64,000 nt of DNA from Minisyncoccota bacterium (GCA_041664605.1 JBAYKO010000001.1:9220-73219); one strand, 5' to 3'. Shown: positions 8,813 through 18,918, counted from the stretch's first letter. Translations and numbers: made by a program. The notes: a model not told the origin generated them from the sequence alone.

Positions 8813-11500
8813 ATGGCATTACACAAAAATTTTCCAAAAGACCCATACGTAATTTTAGACCCTAGTATTAGGTGGTTTCCTGCTGATGAAGATTTGCGAG
8901 AAAAAGGGTTTGAAAAATTAATACCTCCACTTGTTGCTAGTTTAAGAAAGGAAATAAAAAAATGGAGAGATTCTAATTATGATGGAGCTAGTGATACTTC
9001 TAAGGCACTTTTAAATTTTTGGTTTAAAGAAGATCATATCTTGCAAAATAAAGATGGTTCAACTTATAACTTTAGATATTATTTTGCACAAAGAGAAGCA
9101 CTGGAAACTATTATTTGGCTTTACGAAGTTGCAAAAGTAAAAGATAAATATGATTTACTGAGATACAATTCTACTGGTGTATTAAGTGCAGATATGTTTA
9201 CTGAGGACTGGCTTCGTTTTGTAGTTAAAATGGCAACAGGTGCTGGCAAAACTAAAGTAATGAGCTTGGTTATTGCTTGGGCATATTTCCATAAAAAATA
9301 TGAAGAAGGTTCTGAGTTGGCTAAAAACTTCCTTTTAATAACACCAAACGTTATTGTTTTTGAAAGAATAAAAAATGATTTTGAAGGATTGAAGATTTTT
9401 TACGATGATCCTGTATTACCTGAGAATGGTTATGAAGGACAGAATTGGAATGATGATTTTCAAATAACATTACATTTACAAGATGAATTAAAAAACGTTT
9501 CAAATACAGGAAATATTTTTTTAACAAATATACACAGAGTTTATGAAAGCGACGTTTCTATTTTAAGTGCTGATGATGAAGATACAAGTGAGTATTTTCT
9601 TGGAGAAAAACCTGTTGTAAAAACAAATGATTCCAAAGTTGATTTGGGAATAATTATTCGTGATATAGAAGAATTAATAATTATTAACGATGAAGCTCAC
9701 CATATTCATGACGAAAAGATGGCTTGGTTTAAGTCTATTCAAGATATACACAATAAACTAAAAGCAAAAAATACAAAATTAGCTTTACAAATAGACATGA
9801 CTGCTACTCCGAAAAAGAATGATGGATCTATTTTTGTGCAGACAATATCAGATTACCCTTTAGTTGAGGCTATACATCAAAGAATTGTTAAAAATCCTGT
9901 AGTGCCAGATGAAGCAAGTTGTGGGAAATTAAAAGAGAATCAAAGCTCGTTATTTAGTGAAAAATATCGTGATTATATAAACTTGGGAGTAGAAGAATGG
10001 AGAAAGACATATGAATATTTAAAACCAACAGGAAAGAAATCTATTCTTTTTATAATGACTGACGATACTAAAAATTGTGATGACGTAGCTGAATATATTA
10101 GAGGAAACTTTTCTGATTTAAAAGATGCAGTTTTAACTATTCATACAAACAAAAGTGGTGAAATTTCAGAAAGTGTGACAGGTAAAAGCAAAGAAGAATT
10201 AGATATATTACGAAAACAAGCAAATGAAATAGATAGTTTAGAAAGTAAATTTAAAGTTATTGTTTCAGTTTTAATGCTTAAAGAAGGTTGGGATGTAAAA
10301 AATGTAACTACTATTGTTGGTCTTCGCCCATATACATCTGATGCAAAAATCTTACCAGAGCAGACACTTGGAAGAGGACTTAGGAGAATGTATTTTGGTG
10401 ATGAGAGTATAAAGGAATATGTGAGTGTTATAGGAACACCTGCTTTTATGGATTTTGTTAAATCTATCAAAGGTGAAGGAGTATTGCTTGAGAAAAGACT
10501 AATGGGAACTGGAGCAAAACCAATTACCCCGATGGTGATTGAAGTTGATAAAGATAATCCTAAAAAAGATATTGAGAAGCTTGATATTGAGATACCAGCA
10601 ATGTCTGCAAGAATACAAAGAGAGTATAAAAATCTTGGAGATTTGGATGTTTCTAAATTTGAAAATAGAAAATTTAAGATAAAAATATTTAGTGAGCAGG
10701 AAAAAAGAGAAATAAGATTCAATGATGTGGTGGGAGAACAATTTCACCATAGTACTGAGTTGAGTGGAAATATAAATATAGACTACCAGCGGGTTGTTGG
10801 ATTTTTTACCCAAGTGATAATGGGGGACCTTCGTCTTTTCGGTTGTTATGATGTTTTGTATGGGAAAATGAAAGAGTTTATTCAAAAATATCTTTTTGAA
10901 AAAGAAGTAGATTTAAATGATTTAAATATATTAACAAATCTTTCTGAAATAGAAGTTAGAAAAGAAATAAAAGATTCTTTTAAGAAAGCTATTAATGATT
11001 TAACTATTAAAGATAAAGGAGATACTGAAATAAAAAATTATATCAAAGTTAGTGAATCAAGACCTTTTGTTGTTAATGATAAGTCTTTTTTGATACCAAA
11101 AAAATCAGTGTTCAATCGAATTACTGGTGATAGTAATTTTGAATTGACTTTTGCTGAATTTTTGGAAAATTGTGATGATGTTATTTCTTTTGCAAAAAAC
11201 TTTATGAATAAAGAAGCAAGCGCTTTGCGAATTGAATATAAAAATACTGAAGGATTAATAGCAATATACTATCCTGATTTTTTTGTTAAAATTAATGACA
11301 AAATAATTTATATTATTGAGACAAAAGGAAGAGAAGAAGAGGATGATAAAATAAAATTTGAAAGACTTCAGCTATGGTGTGAAGATGTAAATTCTCGACA
11401 AACTAGAGCTGTATATAAAGCATTGTATATAAAACAAGAAATTTGGGAAGAAAACAAAGCTAAAAATTTTGATGAAATTATAAGACTTTTTAGTAAATAA
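8813..11500 (+). CDS. res: Type III restriction enzyme Res subunit (SF2 helicase plus C-terminal PD-(D/E)xK nuclease)
   Basis: Walker A MATGAGKTKV, DEAH box IINDEAHHI, C-terminal IIYIIETKGRE endonuclease motif; 895 aa, immediately downstream of mod. Confidence 0.8.
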   Translation: MALHKNFPKDPYVILDPSIRWFPADEDLREKGFEKLIPPLVASLRKEIKKWRDSNYDGASDTSKALLNFWFKEDHILQNKDGSTYNFRYYFAQREALETIIWLYEVAKVKDKYDLLRYNSTGVLSADMFTEDWLRFVVKMATGAGKTKVMSLVIAWAYFHKKYEEGSELAKNFLLITPNVIVFERIKNDFEGLKIFYDDPVLPENGYEGQNWNDDFQITLHLQDELKNVSNTGNIFLTNIHRVYESDVSILSADDEDTSEYFLGEKPVVKTNDSKVDLGIIIRDIEELIIINDEAHHIHDEKMAWFKSIQDIHNKLKAKNTKLALQIDMTATPKKNDGSIFVQTISDYPLVEAIHQRIVKNPVVPDEASCGKLKENQSSLFSEKYRDYINLGVEEWRKTYEYLKPTGKKSILFIMTDDTKNCDDVAEYIRGNFSDLKDAVLTIHTNKSGEISESVTGKSKEELDILRKQANEIDSLESKFKVIVSVLMLKEGWDVKNVTTIVGLRPYTSDAKILPEQTLGRGLRRMYFGDESIKEYVSVIGTPAFMDFVKSIKGEGVLLEKRLMGTGAKPITPMVIEVDKDNPKKDIEKLDIEIPAMSARIQREYKNLGDLDVSKFENRKFKIKIFSEQEKREIRFNDVVGEQFHHSTELSGNINIDYQRVVGFFTQVIMGDLRLFGCYDVLYGKMKEFIQKYLFEKEVDLNDLNILTNLSEIEVRKEIKDSFKKAINDLTIKDKGDTEIKNYIKVSESRPFVVNDKSFLIPKKSVFNRITGDSNFELTFAEFLENCDDVISFAKNFMNKEASALRIEYKNTEGLIAIYYPDFFVKINDKIIYIIETKGREEEDDKIKFERLQLWCEDVNSRQTRAVYKALYIKQEIWEENKAKNFDEIIRLFSK

Positions 11501-11504
11501 AAAT

Positions 11505-12710
11505 ATGATAACAAATATAATACTCGCAATATTAGTAGTCGGAGTTGTTTATTTAATTTTTAAGAAAGAAGATATAAATTTAAATGACGATGGAAAAATT
11601 ATTGAAGAAAATGCTCGTTTAAAAGCAGAGGTAAGTCAAAAAGATAAAAACATTGGACAGATAGCAATGGAACTTCAATCAGAAAAAACTCAAAAAGATG
11701 AATTATCTGGTAAGAATAAACGAATGTTTGTTGAAATTACAAACTTAAAAGCTAAAAATACTAGCATACTAACTGAAAAGGAAGATTTAGTAAAAGAAGT
11801 CAGCAATTTTAAGGCCACGGAAGAAAGAAAAAACAAAGAATTTGATGACAAAATTCAAAAATTAGAAGAAGCAAAACTTGCTCTTGAGGACGAAAGGAAA
11901 AGGGTTAGAAGAGAAGATGAGGAAAAGATTCAAAGTGAAAAAGAAGAAAGGAATCGAATGTGGGCTGAGCACGAAGAAGTTGTAAAGGTTAAGTTAACAG
12001 AATTATGTAAAACCCCTCAATATGCCTTTCAATATTATGACAACAATAATTTACCAAATGGTTTTGGAGGGAAATTTAAACCTGATTTTTTGATTGAATT
12101 TCTTGAACAATATGTAATTTTTGATGCTAAAGTTTCGGAGTCTGATTTACAGGGTTATATCAATAATAATGTAAAATCAACTGTAGAAAAAATAAATAAT
12201 AATCCAAATATTTATCCGATGGTATTTTTTATAGTACCAACCGATACAATAAAATCTTTAAAAAAGACCCATTTTTATGAACAAGGTTATAATTTTTTCG
12301 TTATTTCACCAGAAGCAATTGAAATTATTCTTGCTTCTTTAAAAAAAATTACTTCTTATGAATTAGCTGAACAATTAGATCCAAGGGATAGAGAGAATAT
12401 TGTTAATTTAATAGCAGAATTTGATTATCATATAAACATGAGAAATGCTTTAGATATTTTAGCATCAGAAAGTGGTGTTTCTGTTTTGAAAAAAGCGGAT
12501 TCACTTAGAAATGATATTAAGGAAGAAATTTTTCAAAAAAAGGGAAAAATGCGGTTACAACAATTTACTCCTACTGATATTAAAACTCTAATGGTTAGTA
12601 CTGAAACTCAACGAGAAAAAATAGACGAGCTGGTCTCTCCTAAAGTAGCTATTTCTGAAGATACTTTAAAAAAAGTAAGACCTGTTTTAGGAAAAAAGAA
12701 TAAAAAATAA
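11505..12710 (+). CDS. RmuC-family protein (N-terminal TM helix, long coiled coil, C-terminal restriction-endonuclease-like domain)
   Basis: TM helix ILAILVVGVVYLIF; K/E-rich coiled coil; KPDFLIEFLEQYVIFDAKVSE matches the RmuC pattern KPDF.I.....V.IDAK. Confidence 0.55.
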   Translation: MITNIILAILVVGVVYLIFKKEDINLNDDGKIIEENARLKAEVSQKDKNIGQIAMELQSEKTQKDELSGKNKRMFVEITNLKAKNTSILTEKEDLVKEVSNFKATEERKNKEFDDKIQKLEEAKLALEDERKRVRREDEEKIQSEKEERNRMWAEHEEVVKVKLTELCKTPQYAFQYYDNNNLPNGFGGKFKPDFLIEFLEQYVIFDAKVSESDLQGYINNNVKSTVEKINNNPNIYPMVFFIVPTDTIKSLKKTHFYEQGYNFFVISPEAIEIILASLKKITSYELAEQLDPRDRENIVNLIAEFDYHINMRNALDILASESGVSVLKKADSLRNDIKEEIFQKKGKMRLQQFTPTDIKTLMVSTETQREKIDELVSPKVAISEDTLKKVRPVLGKKNKK

Positions 12711-12715
12711 ATTTT

Positions 12716-13390
12716 ATGGAAGAAAAAAAATACAAACTAAGCCCGTCAGATTTTGCTTACCTCTATGAAGAGTGTAAATGCTGTTATTATTTAAAAATAA
12801 AGCATGGTATACAACGACCATCCTTACCATTTCCAGCTGTATTTGGTGCCATAAATACTCGCATTCAAGGAACATTGATTGGAAAAAATCTTCAAGAACT
12901 TTCTCCGGACTTGCCGGAAGGATTAGTTGAAAGCCAAGAAAAATTTGTTGAGTCAAAAGTAATTCCGGGTACCAATTTATATATTAAGGGTAAATATGAT
13001 CTTTTGGTTAAACAAGACGATGGAACTTATATAGTTGTTGATTTTAAAATAACTTCTCCGGATGATGACAAAATTATTAAATATCAAACACAGCTTCAAG
13101 CATATCATTATGCTTTTGAATTTTCAGAAAAAGGAGAATCTAAGGAAGTTTCAAAATTAGGTTTAATCGTTGTATATCCAGATCAAGTTAAATTTGCTAA
13201 AGGAGAAGCATTTTTAAGTTTTCCTCCGAAATGGCTTGAAATAGAAATTAAGAGAGATTCCTTTTTAAAATTTATGAAAGAGGTGAATTATCTACTTGAG
13301 GGCCCAACTCCTCCAGAAAATCCAAATTGTAAATGGTGTGAATATCGTCATTATGGAGAAAAGTATGCCCATTTGTTTGAAAATAAATAA
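12716..13390 (+). CDS. Cas4/RecB-like PD-(D/E)xK nuclease (DUF83-like) with Cys cluster
   Basis: N-terminal CKCC, core VVDFKIT, QhxxY motif TQLQAYHYAF, C-terminal CKWCEY. Confidence 0.6.
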   Translation: MEEKKYKLSPSDFAYLYEECKCCYYLKIKHGIQRPSLPFPAVFGAINTRIQGTLIGKNLQELSPDLPEGLVESQEKFVESKVIPGTNLYIKGKYDLLVKQDDGTYIVVDFKITSPDDDKIIKYQTQLQAYHYAFEFSEKGESKEVSKLGLIVVYPDQVKFAKGEAFLSFPPKWLEIEIKRDSFLKFMKEVNYLLEGPTPPENPNCKWCEYRHYGEKYAHLFENK

Positions 13391-13392
13391 AT

Positions 13393-13614
13393 TTATTCCG
13401 TTGGGTATCCTGTGGTGTTTCCGGGACACTCAAATTCACCACATTTTTCTAGAGCATTTATTCTGGATTCCTTAGCACTTTCCCTATATATCCATGTTAA
13501 TAAAATAAATCCAATCAATAAAATAATTACGATAGTACATCGATGAATTTTTTTATCTTTTTCATCTATTTCTTCACGAAGAGATTGAACTTTATCTTCT
13601 AAAATTTTTTTCAT
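13393..13614 (-). CDS. small membrane protein, hypothetical
   Basis: 73 aa with one TM helix. Confidence 0.35.
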   Translation of the reverse strand: MKKILEDKVQSLREEIDEKDKKIHRCTIVIILLIGFILLTWIYRESAKESRINALEKCGEFECPGNTTGYPTE

Positions 13615-13617
13615 AAA

Positions 13618-13911
13618 TTATTCTTGTTCATATTTATAATCTAATGGTATAGTCTCGTAATCTATATCTAGCTCTTCAATAATAATACCTTTCTTAGAAC
13701 AAAATTCTTTAAAATCTGATGGAACAAAAAAACTTTCTGGATATATGTAAGAATTAGCTTGTTCTTCATAACATGTAATAATTTTTTTATTGTCCTGATA
13801 CATATATAAAAAAAATACTACAAGAAAAAATAAAATAAATGGATATATTTCTTTCCATAATTTTTTATTTCTCTCAGATCTTTTTATGTTTTCTTCAAGT
13901 TTATTGAACAT
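13618..13911 (-). CDS. small membrane protein, hypothetical
   Basis: 97 aa with one TM helix; stacked 3 bp from the neighbouring ORF. Confidence 0.35.
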   Translation of the reverse strand: MFNKLEENIKRSERNKKLWKEIYPFILFFLVVFFLYMYQDNKKIITCYEEQANSYIYPESFFVPSDFKEFCSKKGIIIEELDIDYETIPLDYKYEQE

Positions 13912-13917
13912 TGTTTT

Positions 13918-14520
13918 TTAATTATTAAGATCAGCGATTGAAATGGAAAATGAAATAAAAGGTTTTGGTTTTTTACTAAAATATAAGGAAATAGCATATC
14001 TACCGTCTTTTTCTTTTAAAAACCAACAATTAGTTTCTATATTAAAGTTTTGGTAAAGGATGTTTGCTTGACTGATGGACTCTGTAGAACTATTTGGTAA
14101 TCCATATAGTTTAATAATATATCCTAATATTTCTTTAAACCTTCTTTTTAGTTGAATTCTTGGAAATAATCCGTTACAAAATAATTGCACTCTATAATTA
14201 GCTAGCCATGTCGAGGTTTTTATTTCACCTAACTCATTTTTTAATAAATTATCAATATTCACCGGTAAATAATCTAACTCAAGTTCTCCAAAAAAAATAT
14301 TATTTTCATTAAATTTAAAAACAAAATTTTTTTGTCCGGGATATAAATCCCAACCCATGGCATATGACATACTGGCATATTGTTTACGGGTTTCCTCCGT
14401 TATGTTTTCTATAGAGTCTTTAAAATTAGAAGTTATTTTTTCTAATCCTTGAATTTCACCTATGTTTTCTATCCCATACTTAATAAGTGAAAAATATTTT
14501 GAATTATTTTCGTTTTTCAT
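13918..14520 (-). CDS. hypothetical protein
   Basis: 200-aa ORF in an operon-like stack with the two small membrane genes. Confidence 0.4.
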   Translation of the reverse strand: MKNENNSKYFSLIKYGIENIGEIQGLEKITSNFKDSIENITEETRKQYASMSYAMGWDLYPGQKNFVFKFNENNIFFGELELDYLPVNIDNLLKNELGEIKTSTWLANYRVQLFCNGLFPRIQLKRRFKEILGYIIKLYGLPNSSTESISQANILYQNFNIETNCWFLKEKDGRYAISLYFSKKPKPFISFSISIADLNN

Positions 14521-14713
14521 ATTTTTATAGTTAATTTAATAATTGACAAACAAAAAGCCCATCACGGGTAGAGACCGAAATCTCTCATATTGGTTTCCCA
14601 ATATGGCGTATGAAGCGACCCCATGACGGGTTTTTTATGCTTCATACGACTTATTCACCATGCCCTTATTACTAAAGGTTTAGGCTACTTGTTTATTTGG
14701 TTGTATTGATATT

Positions 14714-15724
14714 ATGGCAAAAAACAGTAATATTAACAATATGCGTCTAGAAGAAATAGAAAATATCACAAAAAAAATAAGAGCTATTCCAATTGATTTA
14801 AAATCTGACCAAAATAGTCTGTCTACTTTTTTAGAAATAATGATTAATTACGGTTCTCAATTAGATTATTTGTTTTCTAGCTGGGATACAACAAACCCAA
14901 TTTGGGAAATTCACGAAGACTTACTTTTTGCATATGAAAAATTTAAACTGCGTTGTGTTCACTCATTAATAAAATCAAAGTTTGGAATACAAAATAAAAT
15001 TAAAAGTAAATACCCCTCACTTACTGAAGATGATGGGGTTACTGATTTATCTTTACCTCTTATTCATCCAGATCTTACAGATGGTAGAGTATTACTTAAT
15101 AATAAAATAATTCGCGTGGGGGTAATATATGGAGAAGAAGACGTTACAAGACCAACCCCTGAAGGAATAAAGCAATTTAAACTAGCCCATGAATCCCTTA
15201 AGAAAAAAATAGAAGCGCTCTCTTTAATTTTACGAAATGAAATTAATATTAAAGAAATTAAATCAGAAAAATCAAAATTAAAATTTAAACATAAATTACC
15301 CGCCGGAACAATGTGGGAAAGTTTTTTGTTTGTTTTTGTAGATTCAGAAAATGTCCAAATTATTATTGGAAATAAAAATGAGATTTTGAATTTTAAAGAA
15401 TTAGGGCTTGATAGTAAAAAAAATGGTAAACCTACTTTGCCTTGGATATTTTTTCATATTCTTGCTCAAAACAATGGGGAACTAAAACCAAATTCTAAAG
15501 ATAAAAATGATTCATATAAAAAAGCAAAACAAGCACTCATTGCTACTTTAGAGAACTTCTTTTCAATAGATTTTGACCCATTTTTTCCTTATCATACTTC
15601 CCCTGAAAAAGTTGGTAATTCTTACAGAACTAAATTTAAAATATGTTGTGAAAATCAAGTTAATAATAAAGAAACAGAAGATGTAGAAAAATCGTTTTTT
15701 GATCAATGTATTGAATCTATTTGA
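14714..15724 (+). CDS. hypothetical protein
   Basis: 336-aa ORF, divergent from 13918..14520. Confidence 0.45.
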   Translation: MAKNSNINNMRLEEIENITKKIRAIPIDLKSDQNSLSTFLEIMINYGSQLDYLFSSWDTTNPIWEIHEDLLFAYEKFKLRCVHSLIKSKFGIQNKIKSKYPSLTEDDGVTDLSLPLIHPDLTDGRVLLNNKIIRVGVIYGEEDVTRPTPEGIKQFKLAHESLKKKIEALSLILRNEINIKEIKSEKSKLKFKHKLPAGTMWESFLFVFVDSENVQIIIGNKNEILNFKELGLDSKKNGKPTLPWIFFHILAQNNGELKPNSKDKNDSYKKAKQALIATLENFFSIDFDPFFPYHTSPEKVGNSYRTKFKICCENQVNNKETEDVEKSFFDQCIESI

Positions 15725-15746
15725 GTGATATATAGAGTTAAAATAC

Positions 15747-15773
15747 AAAACCTCCTTTTCAGGAGGTTTTTTT
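15747..15773 (+). terminator. intrinsic terminator
   Basis: aaaacctcc ttttca ggaggttttttt. Confidence 0.7.
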
Positions 15774-15813
15774 GGGCGAAATTTCGCCATTAGTCTATAA
15801 GAAAGGGTAAATT

Positions 15814-15881
15814 GCGCCTGCAAATACTCATGATTAAGGATTGAATCGCAGGCGCAGTTCAATCCTTAATCATGAGTATTT
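15814..15881. repeat. interleaved inverted repeats: a 24-bp perfect inverted repeat around a 12-bp core, plus an 8-bp inverted repeat A/A'
   Basis: gcgcctgc-aaatactcatgattaaggattgaa-tc-gcaggcgc-ag-ttcaatccttaatcatgagtattt followed by a T-rich tail. Confidence 0.8.
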
Positions 15882-15887
15882 TATTTT

Positions 15888-16085
15888 ATGACAGACAAAA
15901 ATTTATACAAAAGAGAATATGTTGAATATATATATCAATTATTATCAAAAAATTTTTTTGATGATGGATCATGTACTTATTGTAAAAAGTTGATTTACTT
16001 TAAGAAATTTAAAAATAATTTAAGTTTAAAAGAATTTACCATCTCCGGTCTTTGTCAAAAGTGTCAAGATTTAACTTCTAAATAA
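15888..16085 (+). CDS. small zinc-ribbon protein
   Basis: CTYCKK...CQKCQ; 65 aa; translationally coupled to the primase gene. Confidence 0.45.
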   Translation: MTDKNLYKREYVEYIYQLLSKNFFDDGSCTYCKKLIYFKKFKNNLSLKEFTISGLCQKCQDLTSK

Positions 16086-16087
16086 TT

Positions 16088-18292
16088 ATGGAAACAGAAA
16101 ACGAACAATTTAAAAAAAATTCATTACCTACTATATTGGAAGAGGCTTTGAGATATATTTCTATTGGTTTTTCTCCAATTCCTCTTGGACTAATTACAAA
16201 AAATTCTGATAATAAAAAAACAATTGAATATCCTATTAAATGGAAAGAATTTCAATACAAACAAGCTACACCAGAACAAATAAAAAAATGGGATTGTAAA
16301 AATCTTGGAATCGTTACTGGTGAAGTGTCTGGCGTTTTAGTTCTCGATGCTGATTCTTATAAAAAAAGTTTTGATTCCGAGCTTTTAAGATCTTTTAGAT
16401 TACCAATAACACCCGTGCAACAAACAGCCAGTGGTGGCACTCAATATTTTTTTAAATTACCAAAAGGACTAATTATAAAAAATGATGTTTGTATTGGACA
16501 TAAAGAATCTGGTATTGATATTCGTGCAAGTGGAGGAATGGTAATAGTTCCACCATCAAACACTCCATATGGAGAATATATTTGGCTTATAAGCCCTTTT
16601 GATACGCCATTGGCGGATATACCACAAAATTTACTAGAACTACTTAAAGATGATTCTGAAAATGAATATAAAACTAGAAAAACATTACCAGATCTTGTTG
16701 GGCTTAAAGAAGGAGAAGGTAGAAATAATGCAATGGCTTCATTTATTGGGAAATTATTAAACGCAACTCCGAAAGAGAATTGGGATAAGGAGGTTTGGGT
16801 TATGGCTCAAGAAGTAAATTTAACTTATAAACCGCCATTACAAAATAATGAACTCCGCAGTATATATGAATCTATAACAAAAATTGCAAACGAGAACATA
16901 AGTAAGCTAAGTATTGAAAATGAAAAAGAAACTGACCCTGAATCTTCTATAAAAAACAATTTAAGAAAAATTTTAAAAAAGAATCAACCTCAAGGTATAT
17001 GGGAGATATCAGAGTATTTGATAAATCGTCATAATATAAAAACAATTGGTAATAGAGATAATACAAAAGACATTTACCTCTATAAGAATGGAGTATACAA
17101 AATTGATTATGGTTTAATAAAGGAAGAAATTGTGCACATAACTCAAGACCTAGTGAAAAGTACTTTTAGGGAAGAAGTTATAAAAATGATAAAAGAAAAA
17201 ACTTACAAAGATAGAGAATGTTTTATTATTGATCGAAATCTCATTAACTTTAAAAATGGAATATACAATATTAAAAGCAAGGAACTTATCGTACATAAAC
17301 CAGAATATTTATTTTTACATCAACTTCCAATAAATTACAATCCGAGTGCAGATTGTCCAAAATTAAAAGAATTCTTAAATCAAATACTTGATGAAGAGTC
17401 CGTAAAAGTAATTCAGGAATGGTTTGGGTATTGCTTATACAGAAGCTATTTTATTAAAAAAGCAATTATTTTACTTGGCGAAAGAGATACTGGTAAAACA
17501 ACCTTATTAAAAATACTGACAAAATTTTTAGGGATAGAAAATATATCAAGTGTTAGTCTTCAAAAACTTAGTTCAGATAAATTTGCCATTTCAAACCTGT
17601 TTCAAAAACAAGCAAATATTTATGATGACCTATCTTTTAAAGACATAAATGACAACGGAATATTTAAAATGCTTACTGGTGGAGGTTCTGTAACTGGAGA
17701 AAGGAAGTTCGGAGACTTGTTTCCATTCAACAATTACGCAAAACTAACTTTTTCCTGTAATAAAATCCCAAACATTAAAGATACAAACGATGATGCGTAT
17801 TTTAGCAGGTGGATCTTATTAAGGTTTGAATATAAATCTGATAATCCCGATAAGTTTTTATTTGAAAAAATAAGCACTGACATAGAAATGTCTGGGTTAT
17901 TAAACTTTGTCTTAGAAGGACTTTATCGCATATTAGATACTCAAGATTTTAACTACAAGAAAACACCGGAAGAAATAAAATTAGAAATGACGATGTCTGC
18001 ATCATCGTTGGCACAATTTGTTAATGATGAACTAGAGGTAGTGTCAGACCCTAACATTTTTATAACCAAGGATGATATATATCAAGAATTTATAAATTAT
18101 GTCAAAAAACATTCTCTACCAGTCGCTTCCAAGGAAGCAATTGGTAAAAATCTTCATAGATTTATAACAGTTAATACTGGAAAGAAAAGTATTAAAAACG
18201 ATGAAACTGGAAAGATGGAACAGGTAAATTCATGGCTGGGACTAAAGTTTAAGAATTTTAAATCTAAAAACAACGAAATACCTTCGGGGTAG
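16088..18292 (+). CDS. bifunctional primase-polymerase plus D5/P4-type SF3 helicase (replication protein of the element)
   Basis: N-terminal Prim-Pol with VLVLDAD; Walker A LLGERDTGKTTLLKIL; 734 aa. Confidence 0.75.
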   Translation: METENEQFKKNSLPTILEEALRYISIGFSPIPLGLITKNSDNKKTIEYPIKWKEFQYKQATPEQIKKWDCKNLGIVTGEVSGVLVLDADSYKKSFDSELLRSFRLPITPVQQTASGGTQYFFKLPKGLIIKNDVCIGHKESGIDIRASGGMVIVPPSNTPYGEYIWLISPFDTPLADIPQNLLELLKDDSENEYKTRKTLPDLVGLKEGEGRNNAMASFIGKLLNATPKENWDKEVWVMAQEVNLTYKPPLQNNELRSIYESITKIANENISKLSIENEKETDPESSIKNNLRKILKKNQPQGIWEISEYLINRHNIKTIGNRDNTKDIYLYKNGVYKIDYGLIKEEIVHITQDLVKSTFREEVIKMIKEKTYKDRECFIIDRNLINFKNGIYNIKSKELIVHKPEYLFLHQLPINYNPSADCPKLKEFLNQILDEESVKVIQEWFGYCLYRSYFIKKAIILLGERDTGKTTLLKILTKFLGIENISSVSLQKLSSDKFAISNLFQKQANIYDDLSFKDINDNGIFKMLTGGGSVTGERKFGDLFPFNNYAKLTFSCNKIPNIKDTNDDAYFSRWILLRFEYKSDNPDKFLFEKISTDIEMSGLLNFVLEGLYRILDTQDFNYKKTPEEIKLEMTMSASSLAQFVNDELEVVSDPNIFITKDDIYQEFINYVKKHSLPVASKEAIGKNLHRFITVNTGKKSIKNDETGKMEQVNSWLGLKFKNFKSKNNEIPSG

Positions 18293-18409
18293 GTAAGATA
18301 TGCTAGTTAATTTTAACAATTATAATTATTTTTTGATTTTATATTTATTTAAGTAATCAATAACAACTATGATATCTAGTATAAATTTGGAAAACTAATA
18401 ATCAAAACT

Positions 18410-18898
18410 ATGAAAATAAACAAAAATAAAAACAAAATAAAAACTATTAAAAGCACGCAAGATAAGAATAAGAGCTCTTATGATAGCCTTAACCCCTTAA
18501 TTTTAGCTAAACAGATTCTAATAAAAGGTGAATCAAGGCGAGAATTCGTTGATTTTGTTGAGCAATTACGCGTCTCGCTGGGTATAAACACACCAGTTGA
18601 AGCAGAAATATTCAAAAAATATATTTTTTCTTCGTGGAAATTGAGGAGAATGAGAGAAATGGAAAAAAATATTTTGAATAGTCAACAAATATTCCAAGAG
18701 AAAAAAGAATACGATTATTTTGGAGACGTTATCTCTAAAAAAACACCTTCCAAAAAAAGAAGGGTTAGGAATATAAGCATGATTTACATAAATGATGAGA
18801 TACAGAAAGTATTAAATTTTCAGGACAAACTAGAAAAACAAACAACCAAAATTCTTAGACAACTAAGAGAAGAACAAAATTTAAATAAAATTGATTAA
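18410..18898 (+). CDS. hypothetical basic protein
   Basis: 162-aa K/R-rich ORF. Confidence 0.4.
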   Translation: MKINKNKNKIKTIKSTQDKNKSSYDSLNPLILAKQILIKGESRREFVDFVEQLRVSLGINTPVEAEIFKKYIFSSWKLRRMREMEKNILNSQQIFQEKKEYDYFGDVISKKTPSKKRRVRNISMIYINDEIQKVLNFQDKLEKQTTKILRQLREEQNLNKID

Positions 18899-18918
18899 TA
18901 ATATTTGAAGATGATATA

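Noticed and set aside
10141-10885. Antisense ORFs inside res (193 and 128 aa), and similar nested ORFs inside leuS, valS, lepA, ftsZ and ftsA
   Set aside because: They are embedded in well-supported conserved genes on the opposite strand or in alternative frames, with low-complexity translations.
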